DNA of 20,000 nucleotides from Methanopyrus sp. SNP6 (GCF_002201895.1 NZ_CP019436.1:117456-137455); one strand, 5' to 3'; shown: positions 1 through 9,454, counted from the stretch's first letter. Notes: a model not told the origin generated them from the letters alone. Numbers and translations are program-made.

Positions 1-2
1 CC

Positions 3-1325
3 CTAACCGGAGCAGCGTCGGCGGGTAAGTACTTCGAGGTAACCAAGACGCCGGTCGTCGTCAGCCTGCAGGGAGTTCCGCTTTCCGACGTCCGAGTGAA
101 GTTCACCGACGAGGGTAAGCAGGTAGTAAAGGACATATTGTCAGGACTGAAAGTAAACGTCGACGGCAGGGAGGTCCAAGTGACCAACGTCGCTTGCAAG
201 ATCGCTGAGGCGCGCGAGGGTAACATCACCAACGAGGAGTACGTAGTAGGGGCATTGGGATATGAAGTGCCCGAAGGCAAGTACTTCGTAGGCTACCTAG
301 GTGTTAGGGGAGGCGAAGGTGAGACGAAGAAGTACGTTGTACGCTACGAGGAGGAGCAGAAAGCCGTGACCAAGTACGCTCCTGGATTCGGCGGCTTCAC
401 AGCGACTGTCGTCCAGGTTCTGGGCCATTACGACGAAAAGGGTCTACCGCTGATGGCACCGTCGATCGATCCGACGGAGGCGAAGGACGAGGTCTTACTG
501 TGCTTACCGGTGATCAAGGAAATCACCCTAAAGCCGGCAGTGCTCCAGATGGACTGGTACAGGATACTGGAGAAGGCGGAACCGGGTAAGGTGTTCGTGA
601 AGCTGGCCCAGGTACATGCACACGGTGATGGCGACAAGATTGAAGTGATATACGCACCGACGAAAGTGGACGCACTACAGCTGCTTGTAAGTGGTGAGGA
701 GCCGCTGGTACCGAGCCAGGAAGATATGATATCGATGATCGTGGATCCGTACATGGAAGAGATCGAGGCGGTAGTGAACACGAAAATCGACGAGTTCCTG
801 AAGCCGATTCAGGATAAGGCACACGGTAATCCTGCCCTCGAAATCCTTACAGAGAAGTTCCTACCGACGTTCCTGAAGACGCTGGCCTCGAAGCAGATCC
901 TCAGGATGAAGGACGCCATCATCAGCACTATGGTACCGTATGCCCAGCATATCAGGATGTTCCTAGTTGGCCTGTACCTATCTCAGTACCCGAATGAGGT
1001 AAACGTGAACACGTTGATGGTGCGCAAGGCCGCGTACGGCAGTCCTCTGTACGACTTCCTGGTATCGGCCGTTAAAGCGTCTTACGACATGGTAATCGAA
1101 TCGCTGGAAAACACGCTATCGAGCATCGTCGATAGTATCATCGGCAAGTACGCGGACGACATCGCTAAAATAGTGAGCACGACCGCCGACGACGTCAAGC
1201 AGACCGTCAAAAGGCTCACGGTAGGCGTCCTGAAGGACCTACTAACGGGCGAATACATCGATTACCTCATTAAGCTGGTGGCACTGAACGTACTCTCGGG
1301 TATGAGCTCCGCGGGCATACTTTAA
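3..1325 (+). CDS. Hypothetical large protein, 5'-truncated at the window edge; no family recognised
   Basis: Frame 3 is open from nt 3 with no stop before the GTG at 96, so the CDS probably continues upstream. The N-part looks beta-rich, the C-half helical, and the tail is hydrophobic (LIKLVALNVLSGMSSAGIL). Hand-counted GC is ~45-53% per 60-nt row, versus ~60-65% in pyrB. Confidence 0.6.
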   Translation, partial: LTGAASAGKYFEVTKTPVVVSLQGVPLSDVRVKFTDEGKQVVKDILSGLKVNVDGREVQVTNVACKIAEAREGNITNEEYVVGALGYEVPEGKYFVGYLGVRGGEGETKKYVVRYEEEQKAVTKYAPGFGGFTATVVQVLGHYDEKGLPLMAPSIDPTEAKDEVLLCLPVIKEITLKPAVLQMDWYRILEKAEPGKVFVKLAQVHAHGDGDKIEVIYAPTKVDALQLLVSGEEPLVPSQEDMISMIVDPYMEEIEAVVNTKIDEFLKPIQDKAHGNPALEILTEKFLPTFLKTLASKQILRMKDAIISTMVPYAQHIRMFLVGLYLSQYPNEVNVNTLMVRKAAYGSPLYDFLVSAVKASYDMVIESLENTLSSIVDSIIGKYADDIAKIVSTTADDVKQTVKRLTVGVLKDLLTGEYIDYLIKLVALNVLSGMSSAGIL

Positions 1326-1337
1326 CCCCCCCACACG

Positions 1338-1342
1338 TTTTT
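1338..1342 (+). terminator. Oligo-T tract (TTTTT) 13 nt after the stop of the first CDS; candidate archaeal intrinsic terminator
   Basis: A T5 run is seen directly. Archaeal RNAP terminates at oligo-T tracts. No experimental support. Confidence 0.3.
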
Positions 1343-1344
1343 CG

Positions 1345-1378
1345 CGCCCAATGTTAGCATTCTCGTAACAATTGGGCG
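1345..1378. repeat. Inverted repeat/hairpin CGCCCAATGTTA...TAAC(A)ATTGGGCG: 12 bp with one bulge and a 9-nt loop
   Basis: Base pairing was checked by hand: 1345-1352 with 1371-1378, then 1353-1356 with 1366-1369 with A1370 bulged. It lies between the T5 tract and the pyrB upstream region. Its function (terminator hairpin or operator) is unknown. Confidence 0.4.
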
Positions 1379-1506
1379 GCAGCTTCATTTACCCAGTGCG
1401 ATACCATCCATGGCGGTGCGGCCGAGAGGGCCGGTGAGGTCACGGGTGTTCCGATGAGCCGGTGCTCCGGGCCTCCGGTACATTCGACGGCGGCGTCGGG
1501 AGGTAG

Positions 1507-2547
<1,041 letters not shown>

Positions 2548-2549
2548 TC

Positions 2550-3014
2550 ATGGCCCTCAAAGTGAAGAGAATTGAAATGGGCACCGTCCTTGACCATCTG
2601 CCGCCGGGCACCGCCCCCAAGATCATGCGCATCCTGGACATCGACCCGACCGAAACTACCCTGCTCGTCGCCATAAACGTGGAGAGTTCGAAGATGGGTC
2701 GCAAAGACATACTGAAGATCGAAGGGAAAATCCTGAGCGAGGAGGAGGCGAACAAGGTCGCGCTCGTGGCCCCCAATGCCACGGTCAACATCGTTCGGGA
2801 CTATTCTGTCGCCGAGAAGTTCCAAGTCAAACCACCCGAACGGGTGGAAGGGTTCCTCCGCTGCCCCAACCCCAACTGCATTACGAACGACGAAAGGGAA
2901 CCAGTGAACACGGTTTTCATTAGGGAGTCCAGAGAGCCGCTGGAATATCGCTGTCGGTATTGCGAGCGTACCGTCCGGGAGGATCATATCCGTGAGCTGA
3001 TACGCCCTAGTTAG
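2550..3014 (+). CDS. pyrI: Aspartate carbamoyltransferase regulatory subunit
   Basis: N-terminus is MALKVKRIEMGTVLDHL. The C-terminal zinc domain has CPNPNC...CRYC (4 Cys). It lies immediately after the pyrB stop; an alternative GTG at 2544 overlaps the pyrB TGA. Confidence 0.9.
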   Translation: MALKVKRIEMGTVLDHLPPGTAPKIMRILDIDPTETTLLVAINVESSKMGRKDILKIEGKILSEEEANKVALVAPNATVNIVRDYSVAEKFQVKPPERVEGFLRCPNPNCITNDEREPVNTVFIRESREPLEYRCRYCERTVREDHIRELIRPS

Positions 3015-3103
3015 CCTCTGGGACCAGTTAATGCAATAAAAACGAGGGGGTGAGTGAAAGTCAGAATACCCGCCATCATACAACCTGATGGGTAGGTGAT
3101 ACA

Positions 3104-4018
3104 TTGTCCGACCCGAGGTTCAGTTATTTCCGGACCTTCCGGGAGGTCGTCAGACAGAAGAGTTTCTCGAAAGCTGCGGAAGCGCTCGGAATAACTCAAG
3201 GAACCGTCAGCAATCAAATCGCCTCGCTAGAGCGGTTCTTCGACGCGCGCCTCTTCGTCCGGACACCGGAAGGTGTCGAACTGACCGAAGAGGGTGAAAT
3301 AGCCCTAGAGGCTATTGAGACGGTCCTGGACGCCGTAGAACGAGCCAAGGACAAGATCGCCGCTGTGTCCAAGGAACCCTCGGGTAAGGTCCGCGTCTCG
3401 ACCAGTACGGTACCGGGCGGATATCTACTTCCCGGTAGTGTCAAAGAGTTCCGCTCCGAGTACCCGAAGGTCGACGTGATAATCCGCGTGTGTGATTCAC
3501 TCGAGGCGACCGAGCACGTGCTCAGCGGCGATGCCGACGTCGCGATAGTGGGAACCGACGCGTTCGTGACTAGGAAGAGTGTAGAGGTCGTACCGATAGC
3601 CTCCGAAGAACTCGTCGTAATCCTTCCGCCGGACCACGAGCTCGCCGATGCCATGGAAGTCAGCATCGACGATATCGTGGGCGAACCCTACGTCAACCGT
3701 GAGCCCGGTTCCGGAACCAGGAAGGAGGTGGAGAAATACCTCAAGAGCCACGGGTTAGGGTTCGAGGATTTCAAGATCGTGGAGGAGACGGGAAGCACCG
3801 AGGCCGTGATTACCGCGGTATCTCAAGGCGTTGGGATCAGTATCATTTCTGAGCGAGCCGCCAAACGTGCCGAATCCGCCGGCCTGATCCGAATCGCCCG
3901 ACTCGAGGATAGGCCCCGCAGGTTCTTCTACGCCCTAAAGTCGGACAGACCGCTCCACGCCAGCGCCACGGAGGCGTTCTGGGAGTTCCTCCTCAGCGAG
4001 TTTCGCGGAAAAAGTTAG
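3104..4018 (+). CDS. LysR-family transcriptional regulator
   Basis: The N-terminal HTH is FREVVRQKSFSKAAEALGITQGTVSNQIASLERFFDARLFVRT, followed by a ~200-aa substrate-binding-like C-domain. The TTG start is preceded by GGTGAT (3095-3100). Confidence 0.85.
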   Translation: MSDPRFSYFRTFREVVRQKSFSKAAEALGITQGTVSNQIASLERFFDARLFVRTPEGVELTEEGEIALEAIETVLDAVERAKDKIAAVSKEPSGKVRVSTSTVPGGYLLPGSVKEFRSEYPKVDVIIRVCDSLEATEHVLSGDADVAIVGTDAFVTRKSVEVVPIASEELVVILPPDHELADAMEVSIDDIVGEPYVNREPGSGTRKEVEKYLKSHGLGFEDFKIVEETGSTEAVITAVSQGVGISIISERAAKRAESAGLIRIARLEDRPRRFFYALKSDRPLHASATEAFWEFLLSEFRGKS

Positions 4019-4496
4019 CGAGGTACTTAGCTCGAGCCCTCAACGCCTCAAGAGGATCCTCGAACACGTGTGAAGGTAATCCACCTCCCTCGTAGTCGGG
4101 TTTCACTGGCGTCCCTCGTTCCGAGACCTTCACCCCGAAGTCCCAACACAACTCTCTCAAGAACCGTTTCTCGGAACGCACTGTACCCTTCAGTGGAGCG
4201 AACTCCGACCACACCTTAAGAATCAAAGAGGTGAACCGCACGAGGTCCTCTACGTCGTACCCCGATAACACGCCGACCCTGAGTCCCGTCTTCAACGCTT
4301 CCGAGAAAGAAGCCACCGAACCGGGAACTACATGCTCGGCCCGGTACTCCGCCTTCGTATCGAGTAGGTCCCAAGGGACTACCAGGATGTCCGCCTCAGT
4401 CTTCTGTAGAACTTCCGGGTTCGGGTCGACCACGTCGACGTCGGAGCTCAGACGCTCCAACAACCTGGCGTAGTACGGTGTCGCTACGATCCTCAA
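3993..4496 (-). CDS. Hypothetical 167-aa protein, translationally coupled to the DHPS-like gene
   Basis: The TTG start overlaps the upstream TGA (TTGA overlap at 4493-4496). Amino-acid composition is typical of the neighbouring genes. No family recognised. Its 3' end overlaps the convergent LysR gene by 26 nt. Confidence 0.6.
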   Translation of the reverse strand: MRIVATPYYARLLERLSSDVDVVDPNPEVLQKTEADILVVPWDLLDTKAEYRAEHVVPGSVASFSEALKTGLRVGVLSGYDVEDLVRFTSLILKVWSEFAPLKGTVRSEKRFLRELCWDFGVKVSERGTPVKPDYEGGGLPSHVFEDPLEALRARAKYLANFFRETR

Positions 4497-6070
4497 CTTT
4501 CCTCGACCTCCTCTAAGATCTTTAAATCACGTAACAGACGGTCGTAGCGTTCTATCCCGTCGTCTTGTATGTATTGGCCGCATGACTTCAGCCGCTCCTC
4601 CGCACGTGCCAGTTCATACCCCAAGTACACGGCATGATGTAGGTCAGATAATAATCCCAGAGATACCGCCGCCGCCCCCAGTTTCAAGCCGTCGTCGGAT
4701 TCCAGGCGTAACGGTTCGTAGTCACCGTATCTGTGCTCTAAGATCAAGATACGACGGTCATGGTCAGTCAGTATCACGAAGTCCCCACGAACGTCCCGGT
4801 GCGGCTCCGAGGCGAAGTACTCGGCGTCGAGACCAGACGCGCTAACACTATCGATGCGCTTGTCTTTGAACACGACTAGGTCCAACCCAACGTCCTTTGG
4901 GAAACCGCCGAACTTGTGTGCTACGTAACACATCCTGGACGCCACAGCGAGCTCGAGCGTGCTCATCTTGGTCTTCCCACTGGCTTCCGGTGTGAAGATT
5001 ATAGAACATTCCAACTCGACCGCAAGCTGAGCGCAAAGAGCCGAGACTCCGGGAGAATCTGCGTCTATGAGCTCGAGTACGTTTCCAGCACCGAAGAAGA
5101 GTGGTGCTTCCGGAAACTCTTCGGCCACGACTCGGTACCTTACTATCGACTCCACGATATTTCCGGGTGGGTCCATCACCGGGTCGAGAATGTAGTCGAC
5201 ATCGCGACGTTCGCACAGGTGGATCAGCTCTCGGAGCTGCCGTACGACTGTCTCGGGTCTCCTGCCCCCGGGAACCAGAACTACCGGTACGTCGTACTCG
5301 GCCGCCAGGTCTACCGGCTCCTTCAGATCCGGAGACGCGTTGAGGATGAGATCGGCACCCGCCTCGACGCCCGCCTCGAGGACCTCTGGATCACCCGAGT
5401 CGACGCTCACAGCGACACGATCTCCTACGCGATCCAGTACCTCCAGTACGATCCTACGGACATCCCCAGGAGGCCGCTCGTGGAACCCTACGTCGACGAT
5501 TTCGGCACCCAGCTCCGCCCTCTTCTCAGCCTCGGACGCGGCCTCCTCCGGGGACAGGTCGTCGGCGAACACCTCCGATAAAACCCGCGGTCTACAACCG
5601 CGTGCAATCTTCACGGGCCCCACGTCGATCCAATTCCGCTCGGGGATATCCCTCTCGGCATCACGAACTTTCTTCCCCAACTCCCGTAGTATCTCATCAC
5701 GGAGCAGCACGCAGGCCGGCACGTCCTTGGATGGGACGAACCCCTCCTCCATCTTGCGGAGAACCAGAGGTAGGTCACGGACCTCTCGAGAACTCAGCCT
5801 GAAGTCCGCGCCCAAAGCTTCGTCCAGCTTCCTGACATCGCCGCGGAACCAACCGGGTAGCAGAACGTAATCGTACCCAGTGAGGTCCTCCCCACGCAAC
5901 TGCCCGAGGACAAAGCTCGTAGTCATCAGAGCGGCCACGTCGATAGGTAGCACCTTGACTTCTGCCCACTCGAAATCCTCAGCCGCCTTCCTCACATCCT
6001 CAGCGGCTAGTCTACCGGTCAGAAGTAGTACCCTCACCGGCGAGTTCCCCAAGTCTCTCCAAGATCTCAT
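4493..6070 (-). CDS. Dihydropteroate-synthase-like (pterin-binding TIM barrel) multidomain protein, methanogen type
   Basis: 525 aa. The central region has DHPS-like segments (AEIVDVGF..., [14 protein letters not shown]). There are extra N- and C-terminal domains; the C-terminal DVRGDFVIL...[14 protein letters not shown] resembles the domain fused to archaeal DHPS-like proteins. The start is ambiguous: ATG 6070 overlaps dmrX by 59 nt, GTG 6037 by 26 nt. Confidence 0.7.
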   Translation of the reverse strand: MRSWRDLGNSPVRVLLLTGRLAAEDVRKAAEDFEWAEVKVLPIDVAALMTTSFVLGQLRGEDLTGYDYVLLPGWFRGDVRKLDEALGADFRLSSREVRDLPLVLRKMEEGFVPSKDVPACVLLRDEILRELGKKVRDAERDIPERNWIDVGPVKIARGCRPRVLSEVFADDLSPEEAASEAEKRAELGAEIVDVGFHERPPGDVRRIVLEVLDRVGDRVAVSVDSGDPEVLEAGVEAGADLILNASPDLKEPVDLAAEYDVPVVLVPGGRRPETVVRQLRELIHLCERRDVDYILDPVMDPPGNIVESIVRYRVVAEEFPEAPLFFGAGNVLELIDADSPGVSALCAQLAVELECSIIFTPEASGKTKMSTLELAVASRMCYVAHKFGGFPKDVGLDLVVFKDKRIDSVSASGLDAEYFASEPHRDVRGDFVILTDHDRRILILEHRYGDYEPLRLESDDGLKLGAAAVSLGLLSDLHHAVYLGYELARAEERLKSCGQYIQDDGIERYDRLLRDLKILEEVEES

Positions 6071-6752
6071 CGGGTCGTCGTAGGACCTCGATACCCTCGA
6101 TCCGATCCAGTTTCCTCACGTTCTCCGCGTCGACGGACCTAACCCTCATTTCGTACTCAATACCTCCGTGAATGGCGTTCTCGGGGCAGGCTTCGGAACA
6201 CCTGCCACACCCCACGCATCGCAGCAGCCTGATGAACGCCTTACCATCGACCATGTCGATAGCGCCCCTCGGACACGTGTCCACGCAGATCCCACATCCT
6301 TCACATCGCTCCCTGAGCACCATATACGGCGTGATCGTGCGGACTTTCCCTTCCTCATAATCGCACGGAACAACCCAAACAGGAACGTCTCCTTTACCGG
6401 CCTGCGCCACCGCGTTCGTCACCAGGGTATCCGCGATCCCGTGTGCGATCTTAGCCACCGTGTTGGCGGTAGCCGGCGACACCACCAACAGGTCGTACTT
6501 TCCAAGCGCGAACCTGCCGATGATAGGACAACTTGCACCCTCATCCGATTGCGTGAACACCTCACGGTAGAATCCGCCCGGGCAGATCTCCCTCAAATCC
6601 TCCCACAACCCGAACATTCGAACGACTTCCTCACCCGCTTCCGAGAGGAACGCGCTAACTCGGTGCTCCCGCGACACCTCTTTCATAACTTTAAAACTTT
6701 CCACCAAGAAATGCGCTGCACCTGTTATACACCAGCCTATACGGAGTCCCAA
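6012..6752 (-). CDS. dmrX: Fe-S flavoprotein: AfpA-type flavoprotein domain with an inserted 2x[4Fe-4S] ferredoxin; dihydromethanopterin reductase (DmrX)-like
   Basis: Flavoprotein motifs are [12 protein letters not shown] and [25 protein letters not shown]. Two CxxCxxCxxxCP clusters are present ([24 protein letters not shown]). TTG start. Confidence 0.7.
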   Translation of the reverse strand: MGLRIGWCITGAAHFLVESFKVMKEVSREHRVSAFLSEAGEEVVRMFGLWEDLREICPGGFYREVFTQSDEGASCPIIGRFALGKYDLLVVSPATANTVAKIAHGIADTLVTNAVAQAGKGDVPVWVVPCDYEEGKVRTITPYMVLRERCEGCGICVDTCPRGAIDMVDGKAFIRLLRCVGCGRCSEACPENAIHGGIEYEMRVRSVDAENVRKLDRIEGIEVLRRPDEILERLGELAGEGTTSDR

Positions 6753-6777
6753 CAGACCAACACCCGTTAAGGCTTGT

Positions 6778-6783
6778 AAAAAA
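6778..6783 (-). terminator. T6 tract on the minus strand just downstream of the MtrF-like gene
   Basis: AAAAAA on the plus strand equals TTTTTT on the coding strand, 9 nt after the TAG stop. It sits between the MtrF-like gene and the dmrX start. Confidence 0.35.
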
Positions 6784-6791
6784 GACTTGGC

Positions 6792-7019
6792 CTAGAACGA
6801 GAGAAGCAACAACGGTACCAGCAGCACGCCCGCGAAGACCATACCGCAGGCCAGACCCGCGAACCTGTTCACGTTCAGACCGAAGTATAGCCTGGCGTCA
6901 CGACCGAAGAATTGGCTGGAATCACGGACATCTTTCACGTAAGCGTCTGCTCGATCCGTGTCCGCCATCGCCGGTGCCCCTATGATGACCTCCTTCAACT
7001 CGGATCCTTCCTCCGCCAA
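6792..7019 (-). CDS. mtrF: MtrF-like small membrane protein (tetrahydromethanopterin S-methyltransferase subunit F family), not in an mtr operon
   Basis: 75 aa. The segment YVKDVRDSSQFFGRDARLYFGL followed by one C-terminal TM helix (FAGLACGMVFAGVLLVPLLLL) matches the MtrF pattern as I remember it (xxIxYRxQLIGRDxxLxxG + TM). The TTG start has GGGGTGA 8 nt upstream. Confidence 0.5.
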   Translation of the reverse strand: MAEEGSELKEVIIGAPAMADTDRADAYVKDVRDSSQFFGRDARLYFGLNVNRFAGLACGMVFAGVLLVPLLLLSF

Positions 7020-7143
7020 CTCGGTTCACCCCACATCGGTCTACTGACCCGGTACCTTTTCAACATTGCGACTTCATCTTACACCGGGCGATGATGAAGT
7101 GGGTCCGACCGAAAGAGATGAGGTAGGCTGGCGTTCCCGAGCC

Positions 7144-7545
7144 CTATACTTCAACCTTACCACCCGGCAAGATCCTCACAACATCACCGTTGTCCAGTTC
7201 CGACACGAGGTCGCGCTCGGGCTTGTGAAACAACGGGATATCACCCAGAACACACCCTACTACTAAAATCGGCTCGGCTTCGCGTACGACGATACCGGCA
7301 GGTGCAGTACCACGATGAGCCATCTCCATCAGTACATACGACCCTACGGTAGAACCACGCCCACCCGGCAGGACCAAGACCTGATCCGTTAACACCTTTC
7401 CACAGAGCTCGTGGGACGGATCCACTACCTCACCTGTTTCCGGATCCACTCCACCCAGAAACGAGAGACGCCGCGAAGATACCAGGACTTCCGCTTCAAC
7501 TGGCTCATCAACGTCGACGATCGGTTCACAACGTACCACAGGCAT
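7144..7545 (-). CDS. Aconitase-X swivel-domain protein (DUF126); probable phosphomevalonate dehydratase small subunit
   Basis: Motifs LSFLGGVDPETGEV and VLVLPGGRGSTVGSYVLMEM...GTAPAGIV are typical of DUF126/AcnX small subunits. I prefer the ATG at 7545; the ORF extends 5 codons further to TTG 7560. Confidence 0.75.
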   Translation of the reverse strand: MPVVRCEPIVDVDEPVEAEVLVSSRRLSFLGGVDPETGEVVDPSHELCGKVLTDQVLVLPGGRGSTVGSYVLMEMAHRGTAPAGIVVREAEPILVVGCVLGDIPLFHKPERDLVSELDNGDVVRILPGGKVEV

Positions 7546-7713
7546 GTCCGCGTATCCCAAGTGTTTCCATCGGTAGTGGAGTATTTAGAATCGCTGGACA
7601 ATCGGACCGCATATACACAACGAGAAACTTCGGGTGACAGACGAACCCAAGGTCGTTGATACCTCCGCGGTTGACTGTATGTGACAGAGAAGCTGATGTG
7701 AGTACAGAACAGG

Positions 7714-7968
7714 CTAATATAGTAACACTTGCTGCTTACCACACCCCGGCTCATTGGATATTATAACCTCTTTCTTGTTCTTAGAGTAGTACGGTGTCGC
7801 GTGAAGTGGACCCTCCCCGATCGCCTTGTTCGTCGCCGTGATTCTCGCGTGTTTTAGGACTTCCTTCTCGAGTGACAAGGCTCGATCGCACACGTCCTGA
7901 CAGTAAAAACCGGAGGATGGAATCATCATAACGAACACCGGAATTAAAACCATTACATAACCTAACAT
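7714..7968 (-). CDS. Questionable small ORF (84 aa; 71 aa from ATG 7929) in the low-GC gap
   Basis: It is the only ORF in the gap with a central stretch of host-like codon usage (LEKEVLKHARITATNKAIGEGPLHATPYY). The N-terminus is hydrophobic if the long form is used. AT-rich TATA-like sequence lies upstream (7942-7980), and GGTG sits 8 nt before ATG 7929. No family recognised. Confidence 0.25.
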   Translation of the reverse strand: MLGYVMVLIPVFVMMIPSSGFYCQDVCDRALSLEKEVLKHARITATNKAIGEGPLHATPYYSKNKKEVIISNEPGCGKQQVLLY

Positions 7969-8117
7969 TAACCATTATCCCCCGTGTGTGGGTCATCGTT
8001 ACCAGTTTGGTCACTCGCATAACCCGAGTTACAACCAGTGAGTGTTACTCTAACGGGCGGGGCGAGGGTGACTCACCCCGCGTTACCCTCCGGAAGGGCA
8101 ACCACCCCGACTACAAG

Positions 8118-8128
8118 AATAAAAATTA
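8118..8128 (+). promoter_or_regulatory. TATA-like box (AATAAAAATTA) upstream of the radical SAM gene
   Basis: This A/T-rich element lies ~65 nt upstream of GTG 8190. A second element (CATAATAGG) is at 8134-8142. The prediction rests on position and composition only. Confidence 0.3.
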
Positions 8129-8189
8129 CGAGTCATAATAGGCGTGCCTAATCAGTTGACACGCGCACTCGGATGCCCTGTCTGATCGT

Positions 8190-9341
8190 GTGGTGACCAC
8201 CCTGGGAGAGGTGTTCTGGGGGGATCGTCGGATACCGTACGAGATCGATGAGATGGGGGTAGCGCGAGAGATCGACGAGATCGACTTGGATTTGTTGGAG
8301 GAACCCGAGGATCTCGCGGTCGTCCCTCCATCGAGTGAGGCTGGATCGTGCGGTAATTCCTGTGTTTTCTGCTACATCAGGCAGAATCCACCTGAAGTGC
8401 TCAAGGAACGTGGTGGTAGTGTGGACACGACGCGTCACGATACGTTGAACGATCCGAACTTGGAGGAGCGTGTGGAATCTGCCCGGGATAGGTACCATGA
8501 TCTCAGGTTCAGGATAGTGGATACGGCTGGGAACGTCGGTGTTGATGAAGGGCGCATTGAGTCGTTGGCCGCGGCCGGGATCGATGAGATACAGATTTCG
8601 TTGCACACGACGGTCCCGGAGACCAGGAAGAGGTTGATGGGTAATCCGAACGCGGACGAGTTGTTGGAGCTGTTACCGAAGTTTGAGGATGTCGGTATCG
8701 ACGTCATCGCCGATTTGGTACTCACTCCGGGGTACAACTTGGAAGAGTTACCGAGGACGTGTAAAGACTTGGAGAGCATGGGTGTTAGGCAAGTCCGCGT
8801 GTTCCCCGCCGGTGGTACTGACTACGCTCGTGGGTTCCGGTTTCCGACGAGAGGTGAGTTGGAGTGGATGAGGGAAACTTCTCGACTGTTGGATCGTGAG
8901 CTGGACGTCGAGGTGATACCGTCGCCGACCATTGACGCGCTGTTGGGGGAACCCGTGTTCGAACCTCCTGATCTTCCCGAGCCCGATTTTGAGGCCGTGA
9001 TCGTCGTTGGTGAACTAGCGGCCCCTATCTTCGAACCGGCTGTTCGTGACCTTGAGAACGTGGAGCTGCTCGTGGTGAAGAACAGGGTGTTCGGTGGTGT
9101 GATAGGGGCGTCGAGCTTGCTCACGGCGAGGGACGTCTTGAGGGAGGTCGAGCGTTATGATCCTAGGACGGAATTCCCTGTGATAATCCTTCCAGATGCC
9201 ATGTTCGGTCCGGATGGTAGGACGCTTGACGGGTGGTCTCGGGAGGAGTTGGTAGGAAGGTTGGCGGCGCTCGGATACACGGTTATGACGTGCAGAAAAC
9301 CCGAAGAGGTCGCCAGGATTCTCGCGTCCCCACTGCCGTAA
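8190..9341 (+). CDS. Radical SAM protein with a DUF512-like C-terminal domain (Mmp10-like architecture)
   Basis: The CxxxCxxC motif is CGNSCVFCY. The C-terminal VFGGVIGASSLLTARDV...VIILPDAMF...TLDGWSREEL resembles DUF512. It has a ~50-aa hyper-acidic N-terminal extension, and the start is uncertain. Confidence 0.75.
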   Translation: MVTTLGEVFWGDRRIPYEIDEMGVAREIDEIDLDLLEEPEDLAVVPPSSEAGSCGNSCVFCYIRQNPPEVLKERGGSVDTTRHDTLNDPNLEERVESARDRYHDLRFRIVDTAGNVGVDEGRIESLAAAGIDEIQISLHTTVPETRKRLMGNPNADELLELLPKFEDVGIDVIADLVLTPGYNLEELPRTCKDLESMGVRQVRVFPAGGTDYARGFRFPTRGELEWMRETSRLLDRELDVEVIPSPTIDALLGEPVFEPPDLPEPDFEAVIVVGELAAPIFEPAVRDLENVELLVVKNRVFGGVIGASSLLTARDVLREVERYDPRTEFPVIILPDAMFGPDGRTLDGWSREELVGRLAALGYTVMTCRKPEEVARILASPLP

Positions 9342-9454
9342 GCCCTCCGCAAACGCTCCCTTCGTCATTGGTCCGTCCGGGGTGGGTTCGTCATCGGGCG
9401 CGGTAAGCATTTTGGTGCGGTACTTCATTCGGGTCGTGACCTGATCCCCCGGTA

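Noticed and set aside
7704-7718. ACAGAACAGGCTAAT, which resembles the RNase P RNA CR-V block (ACAGAAnnnGGCUUA).
   Set aside because: No complementary P4 5' strand (ATTAGCCTG-like) and no GAGGAAAGTCC-type CR-I element lie within several hundred nt upstream. The candidate region is also far too short.
8013-8029. An anticodon-arm-like stem-loop ACTCG-CATAACC-CGAGT, suggesting a tRNA.
   Set aside because: Loop position 33 would be A rather than the invariant U. No D-arm, T-arm or acceptor stem can be built around it on either strand.
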